Assembly: GCA_017540175.1 (NCBI GenBank)
Contig: JAFYBN010000059.1
Coordinates: 3,768 to 67,767, forward strand
Source: Clostridia bacterium
Lineage (GTDB): Bacteria > Bacillota > Clostridia > Oscillospirales > CAG-272
DNA: 64,000 bases
Reading direction: 5' to 3'
Shown piece after piece: positions 1-9,700 of this stretch (position 1 is its first letter; each line of letters starts with the position of its first letter). The translations under genes and the position numbers were made by a program. The notes beneath the pieces were generated by a model, which was given only the letters and a program-made list of their open reading frames with translations, was not told where the DNA came from and searched no databases.

Positions 1-1
1 C

Positions 2-1213
2 ATCCGCACCGTCCTTCAGTGCCGCGCCCGTCACGGCGTCTGCGCACACTGCTACGGCTACGACCTCGCGAACAACAAGCCCGTGAACGTCGGCGAATCC
101 GTCGGCATCATCGCGGCGCAGTCCATCGGCGAACCGGGCACGCAGCTGACGATGCGTACCTTCCACACCGGCGGCGTCGCGGCGGCGAACATCACCCAGG
201 GTCTTCCCCGCGTGGAGGAACTCTTCGAAGCGAGAAAACCGAAGAAGACCGCCTATGTGGCGCAGAAATCCGGCGTCTGCAGCATTTCCCTCGTGAAAAA
301 GACGCATTCCATCACCATCACCCCGGACGACGGTTCCGATGAAATCACGGATACGATCCCGTTCGGCACGAACATCACGGTCGAGGACGGACAGCACGTG
401 AACGCGGGCGCCGCTCTGACCGAGGGCGACAAGAACCCGGCGGACATCCTCCGCATCAACGGCATCGAGGACGTCTACGACTATATCCTGCTCGAAGTCC
501 AGAAGGTTTACCGCGGACAGGGCATCAACATCAACGACAAGCACATCGAAGTCATCGCGCGCCAGATGACCCGCAAGGTCAAGGTCGCGGACGAGGGCGA
601 CACCGGTCTGCTCTCCGGCTCCACGGTCAACCTCAGCGAGTTCATGGCGGAAAACGAGGAAATCGCGAGAAGAAAGGCCGCCGGCGAGATCGACCTCAAG
701 GAAGCCGTCAGCGAGCCGCTGCTCCTCGGCATCACCAAGGCATCCCTCGGCACCGAGTCCTTCCTCTCCGCGGCGTCCTTCCAGGAAACCACGAAGGTCC
801 TCACCGAGGCCGCCATCAAGGGCAAGGTCGACCGCCTGCTCGCGCTGAAGGAAAACGTCCTGATCGGACGTCTGATCCCCGCCGGCACCGGCATGGACTG
901 CTACCGCAGCATCGAGGTCGAGCGCACCACGCCGCTTGAAAATCCGCTGCTCGATATGGATCTCTCCGAGTTCGAGCTCGAGGAGGCGAGAGCCGTCATC
1001 CACGGTACGGACGACGACCGCCGCGACGAGGATGACGACGACGATCTGCTCGACGACGGCGGCGAGGACGACGATCTCTTCGACGACGAGGAGTTCGGGG
1101 ACGACGACTCCGATCTCGAGGACGTGCTGAACGCGCTTGACGCCTCCCTCGACGACGAAGCGCGGGACGGGGACGACGGGAACGAACCCGGCGAACCCGG
1201 CGAAGATGCCTGA
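2..1213 (+). CDS. rpoC: DNA-directed RNA polymerase subunit beta' (C-terminal part; the 5' end lies upstream of the window)
   Basis: Frame is open from the window edge (…[52 protein letters not shown]…), the classic beta' conserved region. Ends in an Asp/Glu-rich tail. Confidence 0.95.
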   Translation: MRTVLQCRARHGVCAHCYGYDLANNKPVNVGESVGIIAAQSIGEPGTQLTMRTFHTGGVAAANITQGLPRVEELFEARKPKKTAYVAQKSGVCSISLVKKTHSITITPDDGSDEITDTIPFGTNITVEDGQHVNAGAALTEGDKNPADILRINGIEDVYDYILLEVQKVYRGQGININDKHIEVIARQMTRKVKVADEGDTGLLSGSTVNLSEFMAENEEIARRKAAGEIDLKEAVSEPLLLGITKASLGTESFLSAASFQETTKVLTEAAIKGKVDRLLALKENVLIGRLIPAGTGMDCYRSIEVERTTPLENPLLDMDLSEFELEEARAVIHGTDDDRRDEDDDDDLLDDGGEDDDLFDDEEFGDDDSDLEDVLNALDASLDDEARDGDDGNEPGEPGEDA

Positions 1214-1335
1214 TCCGACAGAGAACAATTCCATGAAACCCGGGCGCGGGGAGTTCATCCTGAAGCGGAACTCCCCGCCGTCCGTTCCCTGCGCGCAATT
1301 TTGCGCAGAGGACAATATTTTCCGGGCATGAGGTC

Positions 1336-1364
1336 TTGACAAACGCACGGTTCTGTGCTATACT
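1336..1364 (+). promoter_or_regulatory. Sigma-70-type promoter for the acyl-CoA synthetase gene
   Basis: TTGACA (1336-1341), 17 nt spacer, TATACT (1359-1364) with TGc extended -10. Lies 48 nt upstream of the ATG at 1412. Confidence 0.55.
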
Positions 1365-1411
1365 CCCTATAAAATGATTCCGGAAACGGAAGGATCTGTA
1401 ACCGAAGGACT

Positions 1412-3142
1412 ATGAAAAAACATTATCGCGTCAGAAATCATAAAGTCACCGATCATAATTACACCCTGGTCGACGACATCGGCGCATACATCGAGCTGCT
1501 CGCGTCGCACGGGTCCCGCACCATGTTTGTCTGGAAGGAAAAGGGCGAACGCAAGGAAATCACCTACGGCGAGTTCACCGACGTGACGCGCCGGCTGAGC
1601 ATGGGTCTTCTCAAAACGTTCGGCGACGAGGACAAGGCGAACGTCAAAATCGCCGTCATCGGGGAAACCTCGCCCCGGTGGTTTGCCTCCTACCTCGCGA
1701 TCATGGCGGCGGGATACGTCGTCGTGCCGATGGACAAGGAGCTCGCGCCGGAGGAGGTCTCGGGATTTCTGAACTTTGCCGGGATTTCCGCCGTCGTTTA
1801 CGCGCCGTCCTGGGAGGAGCCGCTGCGTCAGATCGCCGTGGGGCATGATTCCCTCAAACTCCTGATCCCGATGCGCGCGCCGGAGGAGACGGCCGCGGAC
1901 GTGCGGATGCTGCCGTTCGACGCGCTGTGCGAGCGCGGCGGGGAATGCCTCGCGGACGGCGCTGTGTTCGAGGCGGACACGGACACCGAGCGCGTGGCGG
2001 AGCTTCTCTTTACCTCCGGAACGACCGGGAGCTCAAAATGCGTCATGCTCTGCCAGCGGAACATTTTCGCCGCGATGAAGGCGGCGTGCCAGACCGTGGA
2101 CTTCAGCGGGGACGACGTGCTCATTTCCGTCCTGCCGCTGCACCACACCTATGAGCTGACCTGCACCTTCCTTGCCGGACTCAATTTCGGCATGACGATC
2201 TGCATCAACGAATCCCTCCGCTACCTGACGAAGGACTTCAAGGAATACCGTCCGACCGCCATCGTCGTCGTGCCGCTCTTTGTCACGACGATGTACAAAA
2301 AGATCCTGAGCGAGGCCAAGAAGTCGGGCAAGGAAAAGATCCTGCTCGGCGCGACGAAGGCCGCGCACGCCCTCAGCTTCCTCGGCATCGACATGAGCGA
2401 AAAGCTGTTCCGCGACGTGCGGGAATCCTTCGGCGGCAGGCTCGAGAAAATGGTCTGCGGCGGCGCTGCGCTTTCCCCCGAGCTGATTCCGATTTTCGAA
2501 ACCTTCGGCATCTCGATCTACGAGGGCTACGGCATCACCGAATGCTCCCCGCTCGTTGCCGTGACGCCGTACTTCAAGCGGAAATGCGGGTCCGTCGGTC
2601 CGTCGGTACCCTGCTGCGAAATGCGGATCGATGGCGTGGAAACCGACGACAAAGGCCACGTGGTCGGCGAGGTCCAGGTGCGCGGCGACAACGTCATGCT
2701 CGGCTACATGAACAACGACGAGGCGAACGAGGGGGCGTTCACGGAGGACGGCTGGTTCCGGACCGGGGACGTCGGCTACCTCGACAAGGACGGGTATCTC
2801 CACCTGACCGGGCGCATGAAATCCGTCATCGTGCTGGACAACGGCAAGAACGTCTTCCCGGAGGAGATCGAGGAGTATCTTGAAAAGATCGACCTCATCG
2901 CGGAATCCGTCGTGGTCGGGCGCGACGCGGGAGACGGGATGCGTCTGACCGCGGTCGTCTTCCCGAACTACGCGAAGTACCCGGAGATGCAGGAGAACGA
3001 ATTCCGCTCGGAGATCAAAAAGCAGATCACCGCGCTGAACAAGAAAATGCCGTCGTTCAAGCAGATCCACGAGATTGATTTCCGGAAGACGGAGTTCGAA
3101 AAAACCACGACGAAGAAAATCAAAAGACATCTTGTCAAATAG
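1412..3142 (+). CDS. AMP-dependent long-chain-fatty-acid--CoA ligase (FadD-like)
   Basis: AMP-binding motif TSGTTGSSKCVML, YGITE and GWFRTGDVGYLDKDGYLHLTGRMK motifs. 576 aa. Confidence 0.85.
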   Translation: MKKHYRVRNHKVTDHNYTLVDDIGAYIELLASHGSRTMFVWKEKGERKEITYGEFTDVTRRLSMGLLKTFGDEDKANVKIAVIGETSPRWFASYLAIMAAGYVVVPMDKELAPEEVSGFLNFAGISAVVYAPSWEEPLRQIAVGHDSLKLLIPMRAPEETAADVRMLPFDALCERGGECLADGAVFEADTDTERVAELLFTSGTTGSSKCVMLCQRNIFAAMKAACQTVDFSGDDVLISVLPLHHTYELTCTFLAGLNFGMTICINESLRYLTKDFKEYRPTAIVVVPLFVTTMYKKILSEAKKSGKEKILLGATKAAHALSFLGIDMSEKLFRDVRESFGGRLEKMVCGGAALSPELIPIFETFGISIYEGYGITECSPLVAVTPYFKRKCGSVGPSVPCCEMRIDGVETDDKGHVVGEVQVRGDNVMLGYMNNDEANEGAFTEDGWFRTGDVGYLDKDGYLHLTGRMKSVIVLDNGKNVFPEEIEEYLEKIDLIAESVVVGRDAGDGMRLTAVVFPNYAKYPEMQENEFRSEIKKQITALNKKMPSFKQIHEIDFRKTEFEKTTTKKIKRHLVK

Positions 3143-3169
3143 AAAATTCCCTTTGGCAATTATTCACAT

Positions 3170-3200
3170 AATCCCCCGTTTTCCGGGGGATTATATTTGT
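3170..3200 (+). terminator. Rho-independent terminator after the acyl-CoA ligase gene
   Basis: 8-bp stem aatccccc/gggggatt (3170-3192) followed by a T-rich tract (tatatttgtt). Confidence 0.55.
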
Positions 3201-3300
3201 TGTCGGAGGGACTTGTTTTTTGACGGAAGAATGTGTATAATGATATCAGTCTTATAATCAGCGCTTTATTTCTCACATTTCAACAGAACGGGAGATTTCC

Positions 3301-3879
3301 ATGAAGCTGCTCGAGGACAGAATCCTGAAAGACGGCAAGGTCGGCGCGGGGAACGTGCTGAAGGTGGACAGCTTTCTCAACCATCAGATCGACGTGCCGT
3401 TCCTTTCCGAACTCGGTGGGGAGTTTTACAGGCGTTACCGGAACGACGGAATCACCAAAATCCTGACCATCGAGGCGTCCGGAATCGGGATCGCGTGCCT
3501 TACGGCGGCTTATTTCGGAGTCCCCGTTGTTTTTGCCAAAAAAACGCCCACGAACAACATCTCCGGCGACGTCTACACCGCGGAAGTGTACAGCTACACC
3601 CATGAGCGCACCTATACGATCCGTCTCTCGCGCGAATTCCTCACATCCGACGACCGCGTTCTCATCATCGACGACTTCCTCGCGAAGGGCAGCGCCCTGC
3701 TCGCACTCCTGAAGCTCGTCCACGACGCGGGCGCGTCCGTCGCGGGCGCCGGCATCGTGATCGAGAAGGCGTACCAGCCCGGCGGCGGGATCGTGCGGGC
3801 GCAGGGTGTGCGCGTCGAATCGCTCGCGCGCATCGCGGCGATGGACGAGAGCGGCGTCGCCTTCGTCCCGGAGGAATAA
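3301..3879 (+). CDS. xpt: Xanthine phosphoribosyltransferase
   Basis: MKLLEDRILKDGKVGAGNVLKVDSFLNHQID… N-terminus and the PRPP-binding motif VLIIDDFLAKGSA are typical of Xpt. 192 aa. Confidence 0.9.
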   Translation: MKLLEDRILKDGKVGAGNVLKVDSFLNHQIDVPFLSELGGEFYRRYRNDGITKILTIEASGIGIACLTAAYFGVPVVFAKKTPTNNISGDVYTAEVYSYTHERTYTIRLSREFLTSDDRVLIIDDFLAKGSALLALLKLVHDAGASVAGAGIVIEKAYQPGGGIVRAQGVRVESLARIAAMDESGVAFVPEE

Positions 3880-3942
3880 ATCAGGTCTGATGCTCGGACG
3901 AGCCTTAGATACATCATCAAAATTATTCAGGAGGAACATGAC

Positions 3943-5229
3943 ATGTTCAAGAAGTTTGCCGCTCTGGCTTTGGCGGCGATGATGCTCTTCACCTTCGCGA
4001 CCCTGTTTGCGGGCTGTTCCGGCTCCGCCGCCGATCTGAAAATCGGCTGCATCATGGTCGGCGACGAAACCGAAGGCTACACCAAGGCGCACATGGACGG
4101 CATCAAGGACGCGGCGAAGTCGCTCGGCATCGCCGACAACCAGATCATCTGGAAGTACAAGATTGAAGAGACCTCCGACTGCCTCGATGCGGCGACCGAC
4201 CTTGTCGGACAGGGCTGCACCGTCATCATCTCGAATTCCTACGGCCATCAGACCTACATGGCGCAGGCCGCGGAACAGTTCCCGGACGTGACCTTCGTCT
4301 CCATGACCGGCGACTTTGCGTCGATCTCCGGACTGAAGAACCTGAAGAACGGCTTCACCAAGGTGTATGAATCCCGTTACGTCTCCGGCGTGGTTGCCGG
4401 CATGAAGCTTGCCGAGCTGATCGCGGACGGCAAGGTTTCGAAGACCGCGACTCCCTACGCCTACGACGGCGACAACGTGAAGATCGGCTACGTCGGTGCG
4501 TTCAACTATGCGGAAGTGGTTTCCGGCTACACCGCCTTCTTCCTCGGCATCCGCTCCATCGTTCCGAACGTGACCATGGAAGTCAACTACACCAACTCCT
4601 GGTTCGATATCGATAAGGAAGCCGCCGCCGCGGAAACGCTCGTCGCGAACGGCTGCGTCATCATCGGTCAGCACGCGGACTCCACCGGCGCTCCCTCCGC
4701 CTGCGAAAAGCTCCTCGCCTCCGGCAAGATCTGCTATTCCGTCGGCTACAACGTGGACATGCTCCCCACCGCTCCGAACGCGGCTCTGACCTCCCCCACC
4801 AACACTTGGTCCGAGTTCTATAAGGAACTCTTCAAGGACGTCATGGACGGTAAGGACTTCCCGGTCGACCTCGCGAAGGGCTACGACCAGAACGGCGTCG
4901 CCATTACCGCGCTCGGCAAGTCCTGCGCGGCCGGCACCCAGGAAAAGGTCGATCAGGTCATCGCCGATCTGAAGTCGGGCAAGCTCCATGTCTTCGACAC
5001 CTCCACGTTCACCGTATCTCAGGAACAGAACACCTGCACCGTTGTTACGGACGCCGAAGGTCATCTCACCTCCTGCAAGGTCGACATGTCCTTCATGGAC
5101 TGGAGCACCATGACGCCCATCTATAAGGGCGACGTCGTCGAGTGCATCACGAACGGCTACTTCTCCGAATCCACGTTCCGCAGCGCTCCGTACTTCTCCG
5201 TCCGCATCGACGGCATCATCGAAAAATAA
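3943..5229 (+). CDS. BMP-family (PnrA/Med-like) ABC transporter substrate-binding lipoprotein, probably nucleoside-binding
   Basis: Lipoprotein signal with lipobox LFAGC, BMP-type body. AGGAGG RBS. Followed by a cognate ATPase and two permeases. Confidence 0.88.
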   Translation: MFKKFAALALAAMMLFTFATLFAGCSGSAADLKIGCIMVGDETEGYTKAHMDGIKDAAKSLGIADNQIIWKYKIEETSDCLDAATDLVGQGCTVIISNSYGHQTYMAQAAEQFPDVTFVSMTGDFASISGLKNLKNGFTKVYESRYVSGVVAGMKLAELIADGKVSKTATPYAYDGDNVKIGYVGAFNYAEVVSGYTAFFLGIRSIVPNVTMEVNYTNSWFDIDKEAAAAETLVANGCVIIGQHADSTGAPSACEKLLASGKICYSVGYNVDMLPTAPNAALTSPTNTWSEFYKELFKDVMDGKDFPVDLAKGYDQNGVAITALGKSCAAGTQEKVDQVIADLKSGKLHVFDTSTFTVSQEQNTCTVVTDAEGHLTSCKVDMSFMDWSTMTPIYKGDVVECITNGYFSESTFRSAPYFSVRIDGIIEK

Positions 5230-5253
5230 TTCCGCCCTTATAACAGCGGGAAA

Positions 5254-5279
5254 CGAGGGAAGAATCAACTCTTCCCTCG
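5254..5279 (+). terminator. Intra-operon hairpin (partial terminator/attenuator) after the SBP gene
   Basis: 9-bp stem cgagggaag/cttccctcg followed by ctttgctt. This position is typical for raising the SBP:transporter transcript ratio. Confidence 0.35.
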
Positions 5280-5338
5280 CTTTGCTTCCATGCCTCGGGA
5301 CGGGACGGCAATGATCACGGAAAGGAACGGCGGCTTCG

Positions 5339-7453
5339 ATGCCGCGTCAAAACATGGAAGACGCAATCAGACTGGAACACATCACGAAGACCTTCGGCTC
5401 CGTCACGGCGAACCGGGATATCTCCCTTTCCATCCGGCGGGGGGAGATCCTCTCCCTGCTCGGTGAGAACGGCAGCGGCAAAACGACCCTGATGAACATT
5501 CTGTCCGGAATCTATTTTCCGGATGAAGGGCAGATTTTCGTGGGGGGAGAAGAGGTCACCATTTCCTCGCCCAAGGACGCGTTCGATCTCGGCATCGGCA
5601 TGATCCATCAGCATTTCAAGCTCGTGGACGTGTTTACCGCCGCGGAAAACATCGTCCTCGGTCTGCCTGCGGAGATGAACGGAGGGCGCCGCTTCGACAT
5701 CAAGGCGGCAACGTCAAAGATCCGGGAGATCTGCAGCCGCTACGGCTTCGACCTCGACCCGAATCAGAAGGTCTACGAAATGACCGTGTCGCAGAAGCAG
5801 ACGCTCGAGATCGTCAAGGTCCTCTACCGCGGCGCGGATATTCTCATTCTCGACGAGCCGACCGCGGTCCTCACGCCGCAGGAGACGCAGAAGCTCTTCG
5901 CCGTCATGCGGGAGATGAAGAAGGACAACAAAGCCGTCGTCATCATCACCCACAAGCTGCACGAGGTGCTCGACGTTTCCGACCGGGTCGCCATTCTCCG
6001 CAAGGGGGAGTACATCGGCACGGTCGATACGAAGGATGCCACCGAGCTTTCCCTTACCGAGATGATGGTGGGCAAAAAGGTCTCGCTCGACATCGAGCGG
6101 CAGGTTCCGAAGAACCCGGTTCGCCGGCTCAAGGTCGATCATCTGAGTGTGCTCGGGCCCGAGGGCGTTCCCGTGCTGAACGACGTCAGCTTCGAGGCGT
6201 TCGGCGGCGAGATCCTCGGCATCGCGGGCATCTCCGGCTGCGGGCAGAAGGAACTGCTCGAGGCCATCGCGGGACTGCAGATCACCGATGAAAATTCCTC
6301 GGTGAAGTTTTATCCGGCGGAGAACGAGCCGGAGAAGAAGAAAGAAGTCTCCAGACTTCTGAAAACAAACCGGACCCTCCTTCGGGTGCTGCTGCTGTCC
6401 CTCGTGACCTTCGGCATATACGGCATCGTCGCGAATACAAAACTCTCAAAGGATCTGAACCGCATCGCGTCCGGCAGGGACGGAAGAAAGACGATGAATT
6501 TCTGTCTGGCGCTCCTGCTCGGAGACGTGACGGCGGGAGTCGTGATGCTTGTATGGTTCCACAAGATTTCCAACCGGATCGGAAAAGAACTCGAAGCGCG
6601 CGGGATCTCCTATCCTATCAGCGCTTCGACCTTCTGGGGCTGGTTCTGTCTCGGCTCTTTGCTGTTCGGCGTCGGTCCGTTCGTCTATCTGCACAAATTC
6701 TATCAATCCATGTCTCTCCTGGCCGCGGATTATAACGCAAAGCTGATCGCGAAACAGGAAGAGGAAGACGCGAGAGACCTGGCGGAAGGCAGCAAAAGCG
6801 GCATTCAGCTTCTCGGCCTGACCCCGCGCCAGATCAAGGAGCTCGGCATCCACCTTTCCTTCGTGCCCGAGGATCGTCTCGGCATGGGGCTGGTCGGCTC
6901 GATGGGCATGACGGACAATATGATGCTCAAGAGCTACAACGAGGGCAAATCCCTCTTTACCGAGAAAAAAGCGCCGCGCTCGCTCGCGGAGGACGTCAAA
7001 TCCGAGCTCGCGGTCGTCGCCCCGTCGGTTAACACGCCCGTGAGGAGGCTGTCCGGCGGCAACGTGCAGAAGGTGCTCGTCGGGCGCGAGATCGCGGCGG
7101 CTCCCGCCGTTCTCATGACGGCGTACGCCGTGCGCGGACTCGATATCGGCACGTCCTATATGATCTACGTCCTGCTCAATGAGCAGAAGGCGAAGGGCGT
7201 CGCCGTGATCTATGTCGGCGAGGATCTCGACGTGCTGGTCGAGCTCTGCGACCGCATCCTCGTGCTCTGCGCGGGCAGGGTGACGGGCATCGTCGACGGA
7301 CGCACCGCGACCAAGGAAGAGATCGGACTTCTGATGACCAAGATCAAGAATACGAAGAACGGGGAACCGGAGAACGCAGAACCTGAAAACAGGGAAGCGG
7401 AGAACGGGGAACCGGAGAAAACGCCCGAAGAGACGAAAGGAGACGCGGAATGA
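5339..7453 (+). CDS. ABC transporter ATP-binding protein with two NBDs (BMP/ribose-type), carrying a ~165-aa membrane-domain insertion in NBD2
   Basis: NBD1: Walker A GENGSGKTT, Walker B ILILDEP. NBD2: GISGCGQKE, VPEDR, signature LSGGNVQK. Residues ~321-486 contain three hydrophobic helices resembling DUF4234. The stop overlaps the next start (ATGA). Confidence 0.9.
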   Translation: MPRQNMEDAIRLEHITKTFGSVTANRDISLSIRRGEILSLLGENGSGKTTLMNILSGIYFPDEGQIFVGGEEVTISSPKDAFDLGIGMIHQHFKLVDVFTAAENIVLGLPAEMNGGRRFDIKAATSKIREICSRYGFDLDPNQKVYEMTVSQKQTLEIVKVLYRGADILILDEPTAVLTPQETQKLFAVMREMKKDNKAVVIITHKLHEVLDVSDRVAILRKGEYIGTVDTKDATELSLTEMMVGKKVSLDIERQVPKNPVRRLKVDHLSVLGPEGVPVLNDVSFEAFGGEILGIAGISGCGQKELLEAIAGLQITDENSSVKFYPAENEPEKKKEVSRLLKTNRTLLRVLLLSLVTFGIYGIVANTKLSKDLNRIASGRDGRKTMNFCLALLLGDVTAGVVMLVWFHKISNRIGKELEARGISYPISASTFWGWFCLGSLLFGVGPFVYLHKFYQSMSLLAADYNAKLIAKQEEEDARDLAEGSKSGIQLLGLTPRQIKELGIHLSFVPEDRLGMGLVGSMGMTDNMMLKSYNEGKSLFTEKKAPRSLAEDVKSELAVVAPSVNTPVRRLSGGNVQKVLVGREIAAAPAVLMTAYAVRGLDIGTSYMIYVLLNEQKAKGVAVIYVGEDLDVLVELCDRILVLCAGRVTGIVDGRTATKEEIGLLMTKIKNTKNGEPENAEPENREAENGEPEKTPEETKGDAE

Positions 7454-8586
7454 ACGAACAGCCTGCAGCGAAAACCGTCTCCCGCGCGCACCGCGAGCCC
7501 CTCGTCCGGATCGCCATGCGCGACACCGTCTCCTTCGGCAAGAAGGCCGCCGTGCGCGCGGCCGCCATCGGAGCCGCGCTGATCCTCGACGCGATTTTCA
7601 TTGTCATCGTCACACGGCTCAACCCCATCGCCGTTTACAAGGAGATCGTCCTGGCGTCGTTCGGCACGCCCCTGCGCTTCATGTGGATGGTGCGCGACCT
7701 TGCCGCGCTTCTGTGCATCGGCATCGCGCTTGCCCCCGCGTTCAAAATGCGGTTCTGGAACATCGGCGCGGAAGGACAGGTACTCATGGGCGGCATGGCA
7801 ACCGCCATGTGCATGCTCTTCCTCGGCTCGAAGCTGCCGACGCCGCTGCTTTTCCTCGTCATGGTGCTGACCTCGCTTCTCGCCGGAGCGCTGTGGAGCT
7901 TCATTCCCGCGTTTTTCAAGGCGTTCTGGAACACCAACGAGACGCTGTTCACCCTGATGATGAACTACGTCGCCATTCAGATCGTCGCGTACGCGACGAA
8001 CATCTGGCGCGGACAGGCTTCCTCCCTCGGCATGATCAACATGGGGACGAAGGCGGGCTGGTTCCCGAAGCTGTTCGGGTACGATTTCTCGCTGAACATC
8101 ATCATCGTCGTCGTGCTGACGGTGCTTATGTATATCTACCTGCGCTTTACCAAGCACGGGTACGAAATCTCCGTCGTGGGCGAGAGCGAACGGACGGCGC
8201 GGTACGCCGGCATCGACGTGAAGAAGGTCACGATCCGCACGCTTCTCCTGTCCGGCGCGATCTGCGGACTTTGCGGCTTCATCATCGTCGCAGGCAACAA
8301 GCACACCATTTCGACCAATACCGCGGGCGGCGACGGCTTCACGGCGATCATCGTCGCGTGGCTTGCGAAATTCAATACCTTCTATATGGCGCTGATCTCC
8401 TTCCTGCTCATCTTCCTCGAAAAGGGAGCAGGACAGATCGCCTCGACCTACGGACTGAATGAGTACATCTCCGACATCATCTCCGGCATCATTCTGTTCT
8501 GCATCCTCGGCAGCGAATTCTTTATCCGCTACAAGATGATTTTCCGTCATAAGAGCGAAGAAGGAAAGGAGGGCGAGGACAAATGA
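7450..8586 (+). CDS. ABC transporter permease (BMP/ribose-type, first TMD)
   Basis: Polytopic membrane protein in operon position after the ATPase. Start overlaps the upstream stop. Confidence 0.88.
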   Translation: MNEQPAAKTVSRAHREPLVRIAMRDTVSFGKKAAVRAAAIGAALILDAIFIVIVTRLNPIAVYKEIVLASFGTPLRFMWMVRDLAALLCIGIALAPAFKMRFWNIGAEGQVLMGGMATAMCMLFLGSKLPTPLLFLVMVLTSLLAGALWSFIPAFFKAFWNTNETLFTLMMNYVAIQIVAYATNIWRGQASSLGMINMGTKAGWFPKLFGYDFSLNIIIVVVLTVLMYIYLRFTKHGYEISVVGESERTARYAGIDVKKVTIRTLLLSGAICGLCGFIIVAGNKHTISTNTAGGDGFTAIIVAWLAKFNTFYMALISFLLIFLEKGAGQIASTYGLNEYISDIISGIILFCILGSEFFIRYKMIFRHKSEEGKEGEDK

Positions 8587-9581
8587 TTCAGACCAATCTC
8601 CTTGCTTGGCTGCTCAGAGCCGTCCAGTTCGGCACGATCATCATCTTCGGCTCGCTCGGGGAGATTTTGACGGAGAAGTCCGGCAACCTCAACCTTGGCG
8701 TCCCCGGCATCATGTACCTCGGCTCGTTCGCGGGCTTTGCGTCCGCGTATCTCTATGAGAACAGCGCCGCGAATCCGATCCCGATCGTCTGCGTACTTCT
8801 CGCGCTCATCGCGGGATTCCTCGCCGCAGCGCTCGGCGGGCTGATTTACAGCTTCCTCACGATCACGCTTCGGGCGAACCAGAACGTGACCGGTCTCGCT
8901 CTGACGACCTTCGGCATGGGCGTGGCAAACTTCTTCGGCGGCTTCCTCCTGCAGGGCGAGGTCTACACCGCCGCCCCGATCTCCAACGCCGCCTTCGCGC
9001 ACAAGATCCCGTTTTTGTCCGATCGTCTCGGCGTCGTGGGAGAAGCGCTCTTCTCCTACGGTTTCCTCGCTTACGCGGCGATCCTGCTCGCCGTCGGGAT
9101 GCACATCTTTCTCAATAAGACGCGCGCCGGGCTGAATCTGCGCGCCGTCGGCGAAAACCCCGCGACCGCGGACGCCGCCGGCATCAGCGTGACGAAGTAC
9201 AAATACCTCGCTACCGTCATCGGCGCGGGCATTTCCGGCATCGGCGGACTCTATTACGTGCTAGACTACAACAACGGCATCTGGGCGACGACCGGACAGG
9301 TGGAAGCGCTCGGCTGGCTCGCCGTCGCGCTCGTCATCTTCACGACGTGGAAGCCTCTGAACGCCATCTGGGGCGCGTATCTGTTCGGCACGCTGTACTG
9401 GCTGTACAATTTCTTCCCGAAGCTGCTCGGCATGACCAATGTGGACCGCACCTCGGATCTCTTCCAGATGATCCCCTACCTTGTGACCATTCTGGTCCTT
9501 GTGATCGTCAGCCTGCGCCGCAAGCGCGAATCCCAGCCGCCCGCGTCGCTCGGCCTGGCATACTTCCGCGAAGAACGGTAA
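8583..9581 (+). CDS. ABC transporter permease (BMP/ribose-type, second TMD)
   Basis: Polytopic membrane protein. 4-nt overlap with the upstream gene. Confidence 0.88.
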   Translation: MIQTNLLAWLLRAVQFGTIIIFGSLGEILTEKSGNLNLGVPGIMYLGSFAGFASAYLYENSAANPIPIVCVLLALIAGFLAAALGGLIYSFLTITLRANQNVTGLALTTFGMGVANFFGGFLLQGEVYTAAPISNAAFAHKIPFLSDRLGVVGEALFSYGFLAYAAILLAVGMHIFLNKTRAGLNLRAVGENPATADAAGISVTKYKYLATVIGAGISGIGGLYYVLDYNNGIWATTGQVEALGWLAVALVIFTTWKPLNAIWGAYLFGTLYWLYNFFPKLLGMTNVDRTSDLFQMIPYLVTILVLVIVSLRRKRESQPPASLGLAYFREER

Positions 9582-9628
9582 AAGCCGGCGTAAAATCGGG
9601 TAGGCCCTGTGAAACTGTCCGAAATCTC

Positions 9629-9657
9629 TTGACATTTCCTGTCGAATGTGCTACACT
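9629..9657 (+). promoter_or_regulatory. Sigma-70-type promoter bracketed by a 10-bp inverted repeat
   Basis: TTGACA (9629-9634), 17 nt spacer, TACACT (9652-9657) with TGc extended -10. The inverted repeat tctcttgaca (9625-9634) / tgtcaagaga (9657-9666) encloses it. Confidence 0.5.
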
Positions 9658-9700
9658 GTCAAGAGACGAATAAAACGATTCCTCAAAGGAGATTACCTCA

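Noticed and set aside
3143-3300. Expected a purine (guanine) riboswitch upstream of xpt, as in Bacillus
   Set aside because: I could not find the conserved core elements (…UAUAAU…GGAUAUGG…CCGUAAA…GACUAU…). The spacer contains only the upstream terminator and AT-rich promoter-like sequence. An Infernal scan would be the decisive test.
3280-5268. 662-aa minus-strand ORF overlapping xpt and the BMP lipoprotein
   Set aside because: It spans two well-supported plus-strand genes and the intergenic RBS region. The sequence is low-complexity and the ORF is an antisense artefact.
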